The position numbers and the translations under genes are program-made. From Anthoceros angustus (taxonomy: Eukaryota > Plantae > Anthocerotophyta): DNA of 64,000 bases. The DNA lies in NCBI GenBank assembly GCA_010909165.1, contig VJWM01000239.1:186001-250000 (forward strand). The letters are read 5' to 3'. Of this stretch, positions 27,893 to 41,608 are shown one piece after another. The notes under the pieces are model-generated. The model saw nothing but the letters and a program-made list of their open reading frames with translations. It was not told the origin of the DNA and did no database searches. Numbering within the stretch: the first letter of the stretch is position 1; each line of letters starts with the position of its first letter.

Positions 27893-30800
27893 AGCATAGC
27901 ATCGCACACTGGCGATCCGTTACAAGGAATCCTGGTGGCTTCACTCATGAGAGGGGAGCGTTAGAATGGTGGCACCTATGTAGAATCTTCCCTTGGCCGT
28001 CGCTGTAATGAAAGTGCAACTGACAGTCTGTAGTGGTACCAGACAGCGAGGAGCATGTTGGTCCCCGCCGTTCCGTGTTGTGACTGCTTTTGTAGATTGA
28101 TGGAACATGATGTAGGCAGGAGGTTGTTACGTGGGGACTCTGCCAGTCAGATGAGTGTGGCCATGACAGGCCGAACCTCGGGCAAGCCTTAGGTCAAAGA
28201 TACGACATACCTATGAGTTCCTGTTAGGTGACAGGTTGGAACTACAGTTTCAAGCCTGGAAGTTCTTCCGCCTACCGACCTCCAGCCATACCTATTGTGT
28301 GTCCGCTTTCCATAGCTGGTCACTCACATCAATTGTCTCCACCGCAGTGCAGACGCATAGACTGAAGCTTCAAAGTTCACACCCATCAGACTCAGTGCAC
28401 ATCACGAGATGCGACAGCGTACACGTGCACATGCGAAGCCACGATCGCCGTCATGCACGCATCGAGGCAGCTGGAGGCCCCTGGGTTAGAGGAGTCGCAG
28501 CCGGGAAGAGGCCAGGGCCCAACGGGAACTCCTGTCATTCTTCGCAGGAGATTGGGTCACTCAGATTCCCATATCGATTCACCCTTGGACTGTGAGTCCT
28601 AATGCGCAGACATAAAAAAATGCAACTGGAACAAGTGAAGCGGATAGAATCCATCATGGCCAGCCATCGGGATTCCTGCCAGATCCAAGGCTGCCCGGAA
28701 AGATCCAGGCAAGCTGGTCCCTACGCTACCCTACCCTACCCTACCCAACCCAACCCTACCACAAATTGCAAATTGCACATTGCACATTGCATTGTAAATG
28801 GAAAGATTCCGGGTGCAGGTTGGCCCCATCGGCCCCAGGGCACAGGCCTGCCCAAAAGAGGCTTTCCCCTGGCCTGGCCGGCACGCAACGCCCTGCAGGG
28901 CCTGCAGCACTACCGGGCCCCGGCCCTACCGTCTTCTGGACCGTACTGGTTTATCTGGTGTGCGCAGAAAGGGAGACGGTGATGAGACTGTGTGCTGCAG
29001 CAGGCCCACAGTCCTACCAGGCCTATCCCCACCACATCCGATTCCTGAATCCTCCATCCTCCATCCTCCATCCTGAATCCCGAATCCTGAATTCCCTTAC
29101 AAGTCATGGCAGGCTACAAATCGTGAATCTCGTGGTCAAATCCAGATTTGGGGAAAAGCAGTGGAGGCATTGTACAATGTATGTGTGCATACATTTGCTG
29201 CTTCCCTTTCCAGCATGCAAGCCAGGAATTGGAAAGCAAAAATCCGTGTGCTGTGATTTCACAGCATCCCTCTGTGTCCCTCTTGCTGTGTCAAGTGCCA
29301 ACTGGTCGGCAAGTGGACGCCCTGCCCTTGCCCTTGCCCCTGTCCACATGCACTGCATCCGGTCTCGCTCGCCCGTTCCCACTGCGCGCAAATATAGCCT
29401 CTCCCTGCCTAATTATATCCCGGTCCCCATCCGACGGTGACAGCTGAAGCTGGCCCCACCGCCCGCCCGCCCGGGCCGCCCTGGCCCCGCCTGGCCCGCC
29501 CTGGCCCGGCCTGGCCCGCCCTGCTCCCTGCTCCTGAGCTAACTGGTCAGCTAGTAGTAACCTGCTCACTAACTTAGACTGTAATAAAAAAATATAAATT
29601 TTTAAAAATAGTTTCAGAGAATTCAAAGACTTCATATCAATATTTCGAAGTATACATCGAAATCCCGCACCGGGAGTTTAACATGGAGTAACCCCATAGG
29701 CCACTAATAACTGCCGTCCCCAGGGTACTAACTGGCGTAGGGCACTGAGTACATATATGAACTCAAGTGTACGAAGACAAGGGAATGAATAGTACCCCAT
29801 CCCAGTAATGATTCATCCCAAGGATGCTCGAAGGGAGGACATTTCTTAAATGTGAATAAAAAATGATAAGATTATTCCAACAATTAAATGACCAAGAATG
29901 GGTTTTTGTTGGTGCTTGCTGCTTGGTGGTAGAGTTGGTTCGAGTGTGGATTTCACAGCGGTGGCTTCCGAGGATGCGGTAAACGAAGAGCTCCCAGTCC
30001 CCATCACATTTACATGCTACGTCCTAATAAAGGAGCGTGCTAAAAGGAGTTAATTTCGGCCAACGCAGAGGCAGGCTGCAGGTACAGTGTGAACGGGGGC
30101 TGCATCCGGTCGCGTTTCTCTGACGTACTTATGCGCCGGCCTGCCTGCCTCCCCCAAGTACAGCACAGCACAGCGCAGCACGGCGCTGAGGAGTTGACTC
30201 CACAAACGCCTTTTTCCCCTGGAGGGCCGGGGCCCGGACTCGGATTCCAGCGTCTCGCCACTCGCCACGCTCGCTTTCCCTCTCCCTCGAGGAGCCTGCT
30301 GCCTCAGACCCTCGGACGCAAGCTTGCGTCATCGCAGATTCCCCTTGCCGGGCCGGGCCGGGCCGGCGCCTCACGCCTCACGCCTCACGCCGGACGCCAG
30401 TGAGACGCGAATCGCACTTCCTGGCCAGGCGCCTTGGCCCTTGGCCTGGATTGGTGTGAGCTGCGCGCAGGTCAGGACTCGAGTCTGCCCTGCCGCATTT
30501 GTTTAATGTTTCCCGTTCCGGCATGCCTGCTTTCGTTACAGCAAAGCCGGCTTTCCCTTGGATTTGGTAGTTGGAGTTAGGACCTCGGGCTGCCCGTATC
30601 TGCATGCGTCCTATGCTTCCACCTCTAGCTACCTCGCTGCATGTGTGCGTGTGATCATCGTACTCCACCGGCCCCGGCTTGGCTTCCTCCATGTCCGGGG
30701 CACGGAATTCGGGAATCCCAGCCCCTGGGAAGGAGATTCCTGGATTCCCTGCCCCTGCCGTGCCCCACGGAGGCCGATCGTGTGCTTGGCCTCTAGTCGA

Positions 30801-30997
30801 TTTCTTGGCGGAGGCAGAGGGGCTGTGGATTTTCAGTGCATCGAGGTTTTGGAGTTTGTGCTTGGTTTGAGGCAAATGGCGTGCTGCGGGGTTCGAGGAA
30901 GCACGGGAGCACGTGACATTGTGTTGACGACGTGTTTTCGAATTTTGATGTTGATGCCATTGCAGATCACTTGTGTATACGGGGCGAGGTTTAAGAC

Positions 30998-33900
30998 ATG
31001 GCAGGGACTACTGAGCATCCTGGGGAAGAGGTGCCCGCCGCCCTTGGGCCGGGGGAAACCGTTCCGTTTGTGCATAAAGTCGGGATTCCGCCTAAGCAGG
31101 GGCTGCTCAAGGAGATCAGGATTGGGGTGACCGAGACCTTCTTTTCGGATGATCCTTTCCGGCCTTTCAAGACGCAGAAGAACAGGAACAAGTTTCTGCT
31201 GCTGCTCGAGTTTCTCTTCCCTATTCTGGAATGGGGACGCAATTACGACTTCAGGAAGATGTTGAAGGGGGATATTATTGCAGGATTGACCATCGCCAGT
31301 CTTGCTGTGCCCCAGGTGCGTGAATTGCGTATCTCTTCTGCCTCTTGCAATTGGTAAATTGGAATTGCTTCTGTGAGTGGGGGGATTTTTTTTTTGGATT
31401 GGATGCATGCTGCTTACCTGCTGCCGTTTGCAAATCAGGATCTCGGCTACGCCAAGCTGGCCAATCTGCCTGTCGTGAATGGACTCTGTAAGTTGTCCCC
31501 AAGTTGGATGAATTCCGTTTGCCCGTGACAATGCTCCGTGTCTCACGAGTCCAAACATTTGTGGGATATGGTACAGATTCCAGTTTCGTGCCTCCCTTGG
31601 TCTATGCGGCCCTTGGGAGTTCCAGGGATGTTGCCATCGGCCCTGTGGCCGTGGTGTCTCTTCTGCTTGGAACGCTGCTTAAGGATTCCATTCCGAACAC
31701 CAAGTCTCACGCGTACTATCAACTGGCACTCACCTCCACTTTCTTTGCCGGTGTTATACAGGCGGCTCTGGGGATTGCCAGGTAAATTCATTCCCGCTTA
31801 CATCTTCTGAAAATCGATCTGTCTGGCTTCCATGTCAGACCAGTTGTTGAATGGGCCCGGGATGTCGCAACCTGTTTGCAGACTGGGATTCATCATCGAC
31901 TTCCTGTCCCATCCTTCCATTGTGGGTTTTATGGCTGGTGCCGCTGTCACCATTGCTCTGCAGCAACTGAAGGGTTTCTTGGGTATCCAGAAGGGGTTCA
32001 CAACTAAGACAGATGTTGTCTCAGTAATCCGTTCTGTTATCGACCACCATGAGCAGGTGTGTATGTGAAGCCTCATGTTTAAACATGTTTCAATTTCAAC
32101 TCTCTTGCTTGTGTGCCACTTGACATACTGTAATGGGTCCTGAGTCAGGTGAGAGACAGCTGGCGGACGATTCTTATTGGAATTGTGCTCATCGGATATC
32201 TGCTTTTAGCTCGGTACATTGTAAGTGACCATGATTCAGATCCTCTGGGGCTTTTGCTTGCAGCAGTTTCACGATTTCTGACGATTTGGCCAGTTTGCTG
32301 ACTACTCCTTTTTTGCATTCCATGCAGTCAAAGAAGAACAAGAAACTCTTCTTCGTTTCCGCAACTGGCCCTCTACTTGTTGTCATCTTCTCAACCTTAT
32401 TTGTGTACCTTACCAAGCTGAACAGGCATAATGTGGCCATCGTAAGTTTCTACTTGTGGGTTTCTGCATCTGCAATACATACTTCACTTGCTGCCTATGT
32501 GTGGCACATGATGCCCATCCATTGTTTACGTAAAAGAGGTTGTAAATTCTTGCACAGGTGGGCTTTTTTCCAAAGGGAGTCAATCCTTCCTCAATTCACG
32601 AGCTCCAATTTAGTGGCAGAATACTCAGGGAAGGTGCCAAGATTGGGTTGGTCGCTGGCTTGGTTGCAATTACCGTAAGCTAGCTTTGCCCACATCTAGC
32701 TCTCTGGCACGCATGTTCCAGTTTCTTTTAAATTTTCACAGAGAAGGTGGCTAGCGTCACGTGCTTTGGTCAAAATCAACCTTCGGAACCTGACCAGTTT
32801 TCGATCCCTTGCGCAGGAAGGTATTGCCATTGGAAGAACATTTGCAGCACTAAAGGATTACCACATAGATGGAAACAAGGAGTTTGTGGCGTATGGGCTG
32901 ATGAACGTCGCAGGATCTTTGACCTCTTGCTACGTGGCGACAGGTAACATCCACGGGTTTTATTTTCATTTCACTGCTTGCACATACATTGTTACGCTAG
33001 GATATCAAGGATGAGGATGAGGAGTTGTAATCCCCGGTGTCGACTACAGGTTCATTTTCTCGCTCTGCGGTCAACTACAGAGCCGGAGTGCACACCGCCC
33101 TCTCAAATATTGTGATGGCTTTGGTTGTGTTGTTTACGCTTCTCGTGTTGACACCTCTGTTCAAGTACACTCCGTCGGTGGCACTTTCTGCCGTTATTAT
33201 TACCGCTGTCCTCAGTCTTATAGACATCGAGGCAGCAATTCTTATCTTCAAAACAGACAAGATTGACTTCATCACTCTCTTGGGTGCTTTCTTTGGGGTG
33301 TTCTTCGTGTCGGTTGAGATTGGTCTTCTTGTTGCTGTAAGTTCACTTTTCTTCTCACTTTCATTGTGTGTATAGCTGTGTGCATGTGCACCACGAGTGT
33401 CTGTGTGCATGAGCATTTTTCCGGACTGAGCATACTTAGGAATGAGTCTTTGTACTGTGATTGCAGGTCATCATCTCTTTTGCCAAACTTCTGCTCCATG
33501 TGACGAGGCCACACACTGCACTTTTGGGAAATCTCCCAGGCACTAATGTATACCGCAGTGTGCATCAATACCCTGAAGCACTTACGAGTCCTGGCATTGT
33601 TGCGCTTCGTATAGATGCTGCAGTCTACTTCTCAAATTCGAACTACATTCGAGAAAGGTAAGCCTTTTCTTGTAGAATCTATGTGGAACCTTTAATATCG
33701 TCAGCGATACGATGTGGGTATTTACCCACGTGGTTACGGATATGCAGGATCTTGAGATGGGTAACTGATGCCCAAGACGAGGTTGCAAAGAGTGGAGGCT
33801 TGAAGATTCAGTTTGTGGTTGTCGATCTCTCCCGTAAGCTACCATATGTACCCAAAGCGTCTGTAAACTTCAGTTTGTGAAAGTGCGAGGCCCTGTATAT

Positions 33901-34259
33901 GATGTCGGTGTGGTCTGTTGGATGTGCAGCTGTGATGAGCATTGATACGACAGGCATTCATGCCTTTGAGGAGCTAGATGGAGCTCTCAAGAAGCGAGGA
34001 ATTCAGGTACACACACGTGACAAACCCTCGGCTTTTCATGTGCCCGAGACTCGCTGTAAGACTGAACGTACATCAATCTGGTTGTCCTGCGCAGCTGGCT
34101 CTATCAAACCCAGGAGCAGCAGTGCTGGAGAAGTTTTATGCAGGGAACTTTGTCCAACATCTTGGGCGGGAATGGTTCTTCCTCACAGTGGCCGAAGCCG
34201 TCCAAGTCACACAAGCTCTCCTGAAGCACGACGGATCCGTCCACGAAGGGAAAGCGTAA
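30998..34259 (+). CDS. SULTR: Sulfate transporter (SLC26/SulP with STAS domain), paralog A
   Basis: DIIAGLTIASLAVPQ, GSSRDVAIGPVAVVSL, DGNKEF, GSFSRSAVN, STAS motif IDTTGIHAFEEL; continuous GT-AG exon chain. Confidence 0.95.
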
Positions 34260-35681
34260 CACGTGTGTGGGAATTGAATGTGTTTGATTCTTTGATTATT
34301 TTGGGAGGTGATCATCCTTCATCACCGTCATATTGATTGCGCGAAGACTACCCTACCCATACTTGGCGTGAGAAACCATGTGTGAGAGGTTGCGGTCAGG
34401 CACATTTGCCTGGCACTGTACCCGCTTTTTATCATTAATAAAGTTCGTGCCATTCAGTCCAGTCATGCGTCCAGGCCGATGACATGTTGGAAGGCAAGCA
34501 ACTGTTTCCGATCGATCCAGGCCCATGTTATGCAAATGTGGCTGCGCATGGGCAGCTCGCAATCCAATGTCTATGCTCTCGATGTAAAGATCATAATCAG
34601 CGTTGAATAACGGCGCTGACGGAGTCCGAGACGACAGACCTAATAAGATGAAATTCCGAGCTCCAAGGAAGTCCAGTGTCCAGTCCTTCAACGAGCACGA
34701 TTGGCAACAACAGGAGGCACAGCCCGGCGAGGATCCGGGATCCGGCTGACACAAGAAAGAACATTAAATATTGTACCAGTTGCCGGAGTTTGCAACCCTG
34801 GCCGATTCAAGATAAACATAAACACATACACGATGCTGCAGCTTGCGGGCCTCACAAGCAGGTGCCAGCTCGCACGCCAGGGAATCAGAGCGCGAGGGAG
34901 GCGCGGGAGGCGCGGGAATCGGAAGCCTCCGCCAGGCGCAAGGGGGGAGCCGGAAGCAAGCCTGACACAGCGACACCTCCAAGGAAGCTGGAGTCTATCC
35001 CTTGTCCTGGCGCGTTTAAGCGAGCTGGAGGTCTGGCTGCAGGTGCAGGGAGGAGATGGCGTGGGCTGCCAATTACTTGTTGCACCGGATATGATCTGGT
35101 TCCTGGGCACAGGAAGTGGGAACAGGGTAAGGGACGGCCACGGCGCTCGCAAATCCCCTAGGGTGAGATTCCACATCAAAATGTCAGTGGTGAAGGCTAC
35201 TGTAGAGGTGGGGGCCATGGACGGCGCTTGAGGCCAGGCAGGCGCGAGGCCGGAGGCTAGCTTTTGGTTGGTCCCGAAGGTGGCAGTGTGGCAGGGTGTA
35301 TCTTCTCTACGCCCACACCCACTCCCCGGTGATTAGAGAGCATGCGGCGAGGTGACGGGAGTAGGCCGGCTGACGCCACCTTTTTGTCCTTGTGGGGGCC
35401 CCTCTGTCCTGACACGCGGGTCGTGCAGCTGCATTATTCTAATCAATTCTGGCCCCTCAATTCTGGAGGTGCATGAATCTCCTCCCGCAACATGCGCTCG
35501 CACCGCTTTCCAGCTCTCTCCAACGCCTGGCTTCCTGAAGGCGAGAATCGGATCGGCTGGTAGAGTTGGGTATATAACTCAATGTCAGCTCCGGTTCCCA
35601 GTACGCTCGCCCTGGGTGGAGGATCACTTAGAATCGGTATTGGCGCCCTGCGCACCCTGCGGCTCGGGTGGGTAGAGGAAG

Positions 35682-38600
35682 ATGGCGGGCGACGGGGTTG
35701 GGAAGGTGCAGCACCAGCCATCTCCTGATGCCACAGGGTCCAGCCCGGGGGATGCTGTGCCCAACGTCCACAAGGTGGCTGTTGCACCCAAGGCCGGGAT
35801 CCTGGACGAAATTAAGACCAGCGTGAACGAGACCTTCTTCCCCGATGATCCCTTCAGGCAGTTCAAGACTCCTAACAGCAGGAACAAGGTGCTCCTGCTG
35901 TTGGAATACCTCTTCCCTATTTTGGAATGGGGGCGGACCTACCAGCTCAAGTGGCTCAGGGGGGATATCATCGCAGGATTGACCATTGCCAGTCTTGCTG
36001 TTCCTCAGGTGAGTTTGCTCGCTTGCAAGAGCTTTAGAATTTCTGGTCCCATGTGAATCTCGCTTCAGTCGAATGCAAGCTTACAAGTTGCATCCGTGTG
36101 CAGGACCTGGGATATGCCAAGCTTGCCCACCTTCCTCTGCAGCATGGACTTTGTGAGTAGTGGTGCCCCCCAGGGCTCCTTACCTGCCTGTGAATCTTGA
36201 GATTCTTCTTGCCGGGCAGAGTTTGTTATGAATCCTTGTGGCAAACGAGTGACTTGAGGTCGCTGGATTGGCAGATTCGAGCTTTGTGCCTCCCCTTATA
36301 TATGCGGTGCTGGGAAGCTCCCGGGATGTGGCCATTGGGCCTGTGGCTGTGGTTTCCCTGCTGCTGGGAACACTTCTTAGCGACGAGTACAGTCCCACTA
36401 AGCAGCCCAAGCTGTACTTGGAGCTCGCCATCACAAGTACTTTCTTTGCGGGTGTCATTCAGGCCGCCCTGGGGATACTCAGGTGAGAGAGCCCCCAAGC
36501 CTTGCATGCTCTCAGCCTACGGAGGAGCGGTACTTGCAGGCCTAACAATTGACCGCTCCTTGCTGTACACAACCCTTGCAGGCTTGGTTTCATCATCGAT
36601 TTCCTGTCACACGCTGCGGTGGTCGGGTTCATGGGTGGTGCAGCGATCACCATAGCTCTGCAGCAATTGAAGGGCTTCCTCAACATCACCAAAAATTTCA
36701 CCACCAAGACAGACATCGTGTCCGTCTTGCGCTCCGTCTTCACGCACACCAACCAGGTGAGCGTGCTCCTGATCGGCCTTTCTCCTTTACCTCAGGGGGT
36801 TATGGTCTTGAGAGGATGCTTTGGCACAGCGCAAGGTTCTGAAATTGCGCAAAATGTGCAATGTGCAGTGGAACTACCGCACCATTCTCCTTGGGCTCGT
36901 CTTCATGGCCTACTTGATCATATCCAAATTCATTGTAAGCTATGGAGCATTGTTTTCAACGCCGCACTTCACCACCTCTTGCCGCAGGTACCCCCTTCTT
37001 GGAATCGTTAACTGAATCTCATCTTCGCCGTGGACGGATCTCTGCAGTCCAAGAGGAAGAAGAGCCTGTTCTGGGTTGCCGCCATCGCTCCTCTCGTCAC
37101 CGTCATCCTGACGACGCTATTTGTTTTTGTCACAAGACTGGACAAGCACGGAGTCAATATTGTGAGTCCTCGACGCAAAGCCTTTGCGTGCATACGCAGA
37201 CGGGTCCAGGACGGGTGACTCGATCACCAGCTCTGCTTGCATGTCCTTGACGCGGCGTGAGTCGTGACTCTTTGTTTCCCGCATCGCAGGTGGGCCATAT
37301 TAGAAAGGGCGTCAATCCGTCGTCTGTAGACCAGATTCACTTCAGCGGGAAGCTCCTGAAGCAAGGCCTGAAGATTGGAATTGTCGCCGGGTTGATCGCA
37401 ATTACTGTAAGTGGTTCACTGTTTGCAAATAATCAGCTAGTTGTCCAGATGGTTTGCAGTGTGTGCACTGTGCAATGCTGGAACGAGTCGTGAATCGGAG
37501 ATGAGACTCTAACGCCGTCATGTGAGATGGGTGCTGCAGGAAGCTATAGCAATTGGACGAACTTTCGCTGCGCTGAAGGATTATCATGTGGATGGAAACA
37601 AAGAGTTTGTGGCCTACGGGCTCATGAACATCGCAGGGTCGTTGAGTTCCTGCTATGTCTCAACAGGCAAGTTTCGGGCTGACGAGAGCTGTTCAGTCTG
37701 TGAAGCTCCTCTTGTGAGCATGTCGAATGACGTTTTCTGGGTTTTTGTGTTCCAGGTTCTTTCTCTCGGTCAGCTGTCAACTACAATGCTGGAGTGAACA
37801 CCGCACTTTCCAACATTGTGATGTCCGTCGTTGTGCTTTTGACGCTGGTGGTCCTCACACCGTTGTTCCACTACGCCCCATCGGTTGCGCTTTCCGTCAT
37901 CATCATCACAGCCGTCCTCACGCTTGTGGACATCCCAGCGGCAATTCTCATCTTTAAAACAGATAAGTTCGACTTCATCACGACTTTGGGAGCTTTCTTC
38001 GGCACTCTGTTCGTTTCGGTGGAGATCGGTCTTCTCATCGCGGTATGTGCTGCAGATTCTTGTTGCTGGTTTTTCCCTGCATTACATGACGAGACCAGGT
38101 GTGCGAAGCTGTAGCACCTGACAGACTGGATGTGCTGTTGCTTGCAGGTCTGCTTGTCCTTTGCCAAGGTGTTGTTGCATGTTACCAGGCCCCACACTGC
38201 TCTTCTGGGGAACCTCCCAGGCACTAGTGTGTACCGCAATGTTCTTCAATACCCTGATGCAAACACAACCCCAGGAATCGTTGTCATCCGTGTGGATGCG
38301 GCCATCTACTTCGCAAATTCCAACTACATTCGAGAGAGGTAGATGCTTGTCCTCGTTCCTTCTACTTAGCGTAGCACAGGCGTGAAGGTGCATGAAGTAA
38401 GCATGACTGTTTGGTGGAATTCTTTGCAGGATCTTGAGATGGGTGACTGACGCACAGGATAGAGCGACTCAAACCGGGTCTTTGAAGATCCAATATTTAG
38501 TTGTCGACCTCTCCCGTAAGCCGCCAATCTTGCACAGCTTCCGAGGGTCTGTTTGTCCTGCTTGACGAGAGGGAGCAGGCAAAATTGTTTTTTGGGTTTT

Positions 38601-39040
38601 TAGTGTGAAGGAGAATTTTATTTAAGTCCACTAGGGACTAAAATAAAATTAAAGCATTTGTTCGGTGATTATTCACTTTTTTCGACTTTGGGTTTGTAAT
38701 CTGCAGCTGTGATGAGCATAGATACAACTGGTATTCATGCTTTTGAGGAACTGGACTCAGCCCTAAAGAAGCGAGGGATTCAGGTATCTTTCGTCATGGT
38801 GGACAAAGTAGTCATTAAGATAGTCTTTGTTGTAATCCACAGATCCTGATGGCATGTTGCAAACGTGTGAAACAGTTGGCGCTATCAAATCCAGGATCGG
38901 TGGTTCTACATAAGCTTATTGCTGGAGAATTCGTGAAACGGCTGGGCCAGGAGTGGTTTTTCCTCACTGTTGGGGAAGCTGTCCAGGTCACCCAAGCTCT
39001 TTTGAAGAACGAGTACTTGGAAGAAGGAAAGGTTGTGTAA
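35682..39040 (+). CDS. SULTR: Sulfate transporter (SLC26/SulP with STAS domain), paralog B
   Basis: Same motifs and intron positions as paralog A, with diverged introns. One GC-AG intron (37667-37755). Confidence 0.95.
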
Positions 39041-39605
39041 AATAAACGCGAAGAGAAGTGGAGAGTAGGCGGTTAACAGGCAGGCGTTTGCGTGTATATT
39101 TTATTGCATCACGATTGGTAGTCTTCAACATCTTTTAGCCGTCTTCAACATCAACGGCCGTTTGAAGCAGCGAGCTACCAGGTGATAAAGCTTGAAGACC
39201 ATCCATCATGTGAGCTCAGCTGAGTCTAGCTGATCTATTCATAGGCAGTGTACAAATAAGTTAGTTTTTCAAGGGTGAATAATAGTTTCTGGCCACCGAG
39301 TGTATCAGTATGTAACGGATTTACTCTCAAGAAAATTGAATCCGACCACCTGTATCCTTACATTTGAATAACTTTACAGTGTTATTGTCATCTCCAACAG
39401 TTGTACCCATGAATAAAATGTCATCACCTTTCAGTTGTTCTATGTCTGCATCCTCCTGAACAATTCCCTTCAAATTGCGTGAAAATTTTGAAAATGCGTA
39501 TGCAATAAATAACCTGCAGGTATGAAGATACTTTGTGAAGGGAATTGACATGGTCAGCTTTTCAGTTTACAGCTCCAGGTTCAGTTTCTGAGTTCCCTGC
39601 TAGCA

Positions 39606-41336
39606 TCAAAACTGACTTCTAACATCTATGCTTAAGTTTTGCAGCTCTTTGTAAATGCTCTCATGACATGGATGGGAATGATCTTGCACACCAAAAACGT
39701 ACGTACAGTTTTGTACCTCAATCCAGCTGCATCCAGGTTCCTTTCTGAGCCCTCTGCTCCTCATTATTGTTCTCAAGCAGTGTTCCTCTTCTAACTTGTC
39801 AGAGGCCATGTAGGTTTGCCCCAGAAGGACATAAGCCGTGGAATCCTCAGGGTGCACCTTTAGGACCTGCTCTGCCGCATACTTTGCTAGCTGCACATTG
39901 GAGTGAATCCTACAAGCCCCAAGCAATGCCTTCCATACTCCAAGCGAAGGTGCACATGGCATATTTGCCACAAACTCTTCAGCTTCTTCCAGGCGCCCGG
40001 CACGTCCCAGCAGGTCCACCATGCAGGTATAGTGCTCTGCTCTGGCTGCAACATCGTGCACTGGCATCATGGCATGAAAAAGAGCAAAAGCCTCATCCAC
40101 CAAGCCAACATAACTGCACGCAGTCAGCACTGCCAGGAAACTCACATCATCCACCTTCACGCCTTCCTGCTGCATCTCACCGAAGAGTTTGAGAGCCTCC
40201 TGTGCACAGCCATGCTTGGCATACCCCACCATCATTGTGTTCCAAGATACGACATCTCGCTCAGGCATCGCACGGAAATGCAGAACAGCATCCTGAATGG
40301 ATCCACATTTGGCGTACATGTCGATCACCGCATTGCTCACAAGTACATCGGACTCGAGGCCCCTGGCTCTGACACGGGCGTGCATGTCTCTGCCCTGCTC
40401 TAAAGCTGCAAGGCTGGCACAAGCATTGAGCAAACTCAGGAACATTATCTTGCTGGGTTGCAAATCCATCTCCTCCATCCGGGCAAAAAGCCTCAAGCAT
40501 ACTTCACTCTCACCGTTCTTCACATACCCTGACATCAGCGAACTCCACGATATAACATCACGTCTACACATTCTCTCAAATACCCTCCGGGCACCAATCA
40601 TATCCCCACGTTTGGAAAGCAGGGTGATCAGTGTATTACCTAGGTAGACATCCGGCTCCAGCCCTTCCTCCTCCATCTTTCCATACAGCTCGACAGCCTT
40701 CTCAGATTGTCCAGCCCGAGAATACCCAACAATCATAGCAGTCCATGACACAACGTTGCGCCCTCGAATTCTGTCAAACACACGACGTGCTTCGTCTGTC
40801 AGGCCACACTTGGCATACATATCCAGGAGAGCTGTCCCAACAACAACATCTCTGTCAAACCCAGTGACAGCAAGGTGGGCATGAATCCTCCTACCCTCCT
40901 CCAGGGCCCTCAACCTGGCACAAGCCTTCACAGCACTGCTGGCAGCCAATTGGTGTGCTGCAGCGCCCACCTCCCCCTGCCTCCCTACATTTCCAGCATG
41001 CCTGACATCCCTGGCACGCCACGACCGAGCGGCCACTGTCGCTCCGCCCCCCAAAGAAGCTCTGTTCCACCTATTCATTGCCCAGCAGGAGGAGGAGCAG
41101 TCTGGCACAGGTGCAGCCACATCAAGAGCTTCCGCACGATTCAAATTGTGCTTCCAGCACCTACTCTTCAACCCATTTGGCCTCAAGCATGAGCATTTCC
41201 CAGCACTAATAAGCGTGTGCGGACCTGGAACATGGGATTCCACAACGAGCTCGACCGCGCAGTGAAAGCTCCAGTGAAAAAAGCTTCGAAACAAGAGGAA
41301 ACCCAGCAAAAACTGCGGCCCGCTACGTGCATACAT
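39606..41336 (-). CDS. PLS-class PPR protein, E+ subclass (no DYW deaminase), intronless
   Basis: L-S-P-S-P-L-S-P2-L2-S2-E1-E2 repeats and a PG box RKEPGCSWIEV; the ORF ends ELQNLSIDVRSQF* without HxE/CxxC. Confidence 0.92.
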   Translation of the reverse strand: MYARSGPQFLLGFLLFRSFFHWSFHCAVELVVESHVPGPHTLISAGKCSCLRPNGLKSRCWKHNLNRAEALDVAAPVPDCSSSCWAMNRWNRASLGGGATVAARSWRARDVRHAGNVGRQGEVGAAAHQLAASSAVKACARLRALEEGRRIHAHLAVTGFDRDVVVGTALLDMYAKCGLTDEARRVFDRIRGRNVVSWTAMIVGYSRAGQSEKAVELYGKMEEEGLEPDVYLGNTLITLLSKRGDMIGARRVFERMCRRDVISWSSLMSGYVKNGESEVCLRLFARMEEMDLQPSKIMFLSLLNACASLAALEQGRDMHARVRARGLESDVLVSNAVIDMYAKCGSIQDAVLHFRAMPERDVVSWNTMMVGYAKHGCAQEALKLFGEMQQEGVKVDDVSFLAVLTACSYVGLVDEAFALFHAMMPVHDVAARAEHYTCMVDLLGRAGRLEEAEEFVANMPCAPSLGVWKALLGACRIHSNVQLAKYAAEQVLKVHPEDSTAYVLLGQTYMASDKLEEEHCLRTIMRSRGLRKEPGCSWIEVQNCTYVFGVQDHSHPCHESIYKELQNLSIDVRSQF

Positions 41337-41608
41337 ACTGCGAGTGCACAGTGCAGCAGAGAAAAAAGCGCAGTGCGACTACGGTGCTTGGCAGTGATGG
41401 CCAGGAGTCCCGAACATGGTGTTTGACACGAGAGACTGGACATGTGCCATGGCGCAGTGAGATGAACAGGACGCGGGCACTCACCTTGCCACCTTCACTT
41501 CCTAGACGCTCGTGCTATGTTACTCATGGGGTATCGTGAGACAGGCCACAGGTGCACTGCTCAGTGCCCGACAGAACTAAGATGCCACAGGTCCTCGAGG
41601 TGCAACTC

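Noticed and set aside
28700-30400. Pentamer to heptamer low-complexity runs and an AT-rich island at ~29575-29900 as a possible MITE
   Set aside because: No terminal inverted repeats or target-site duplication could be identified by eye.
34676-35231. Overlapping 160-176 aa ORFs between the two sulfate transporters
   Set aside because: GC-rich intergenic sequence open on both strands, with no recognisable domain or splice structure.
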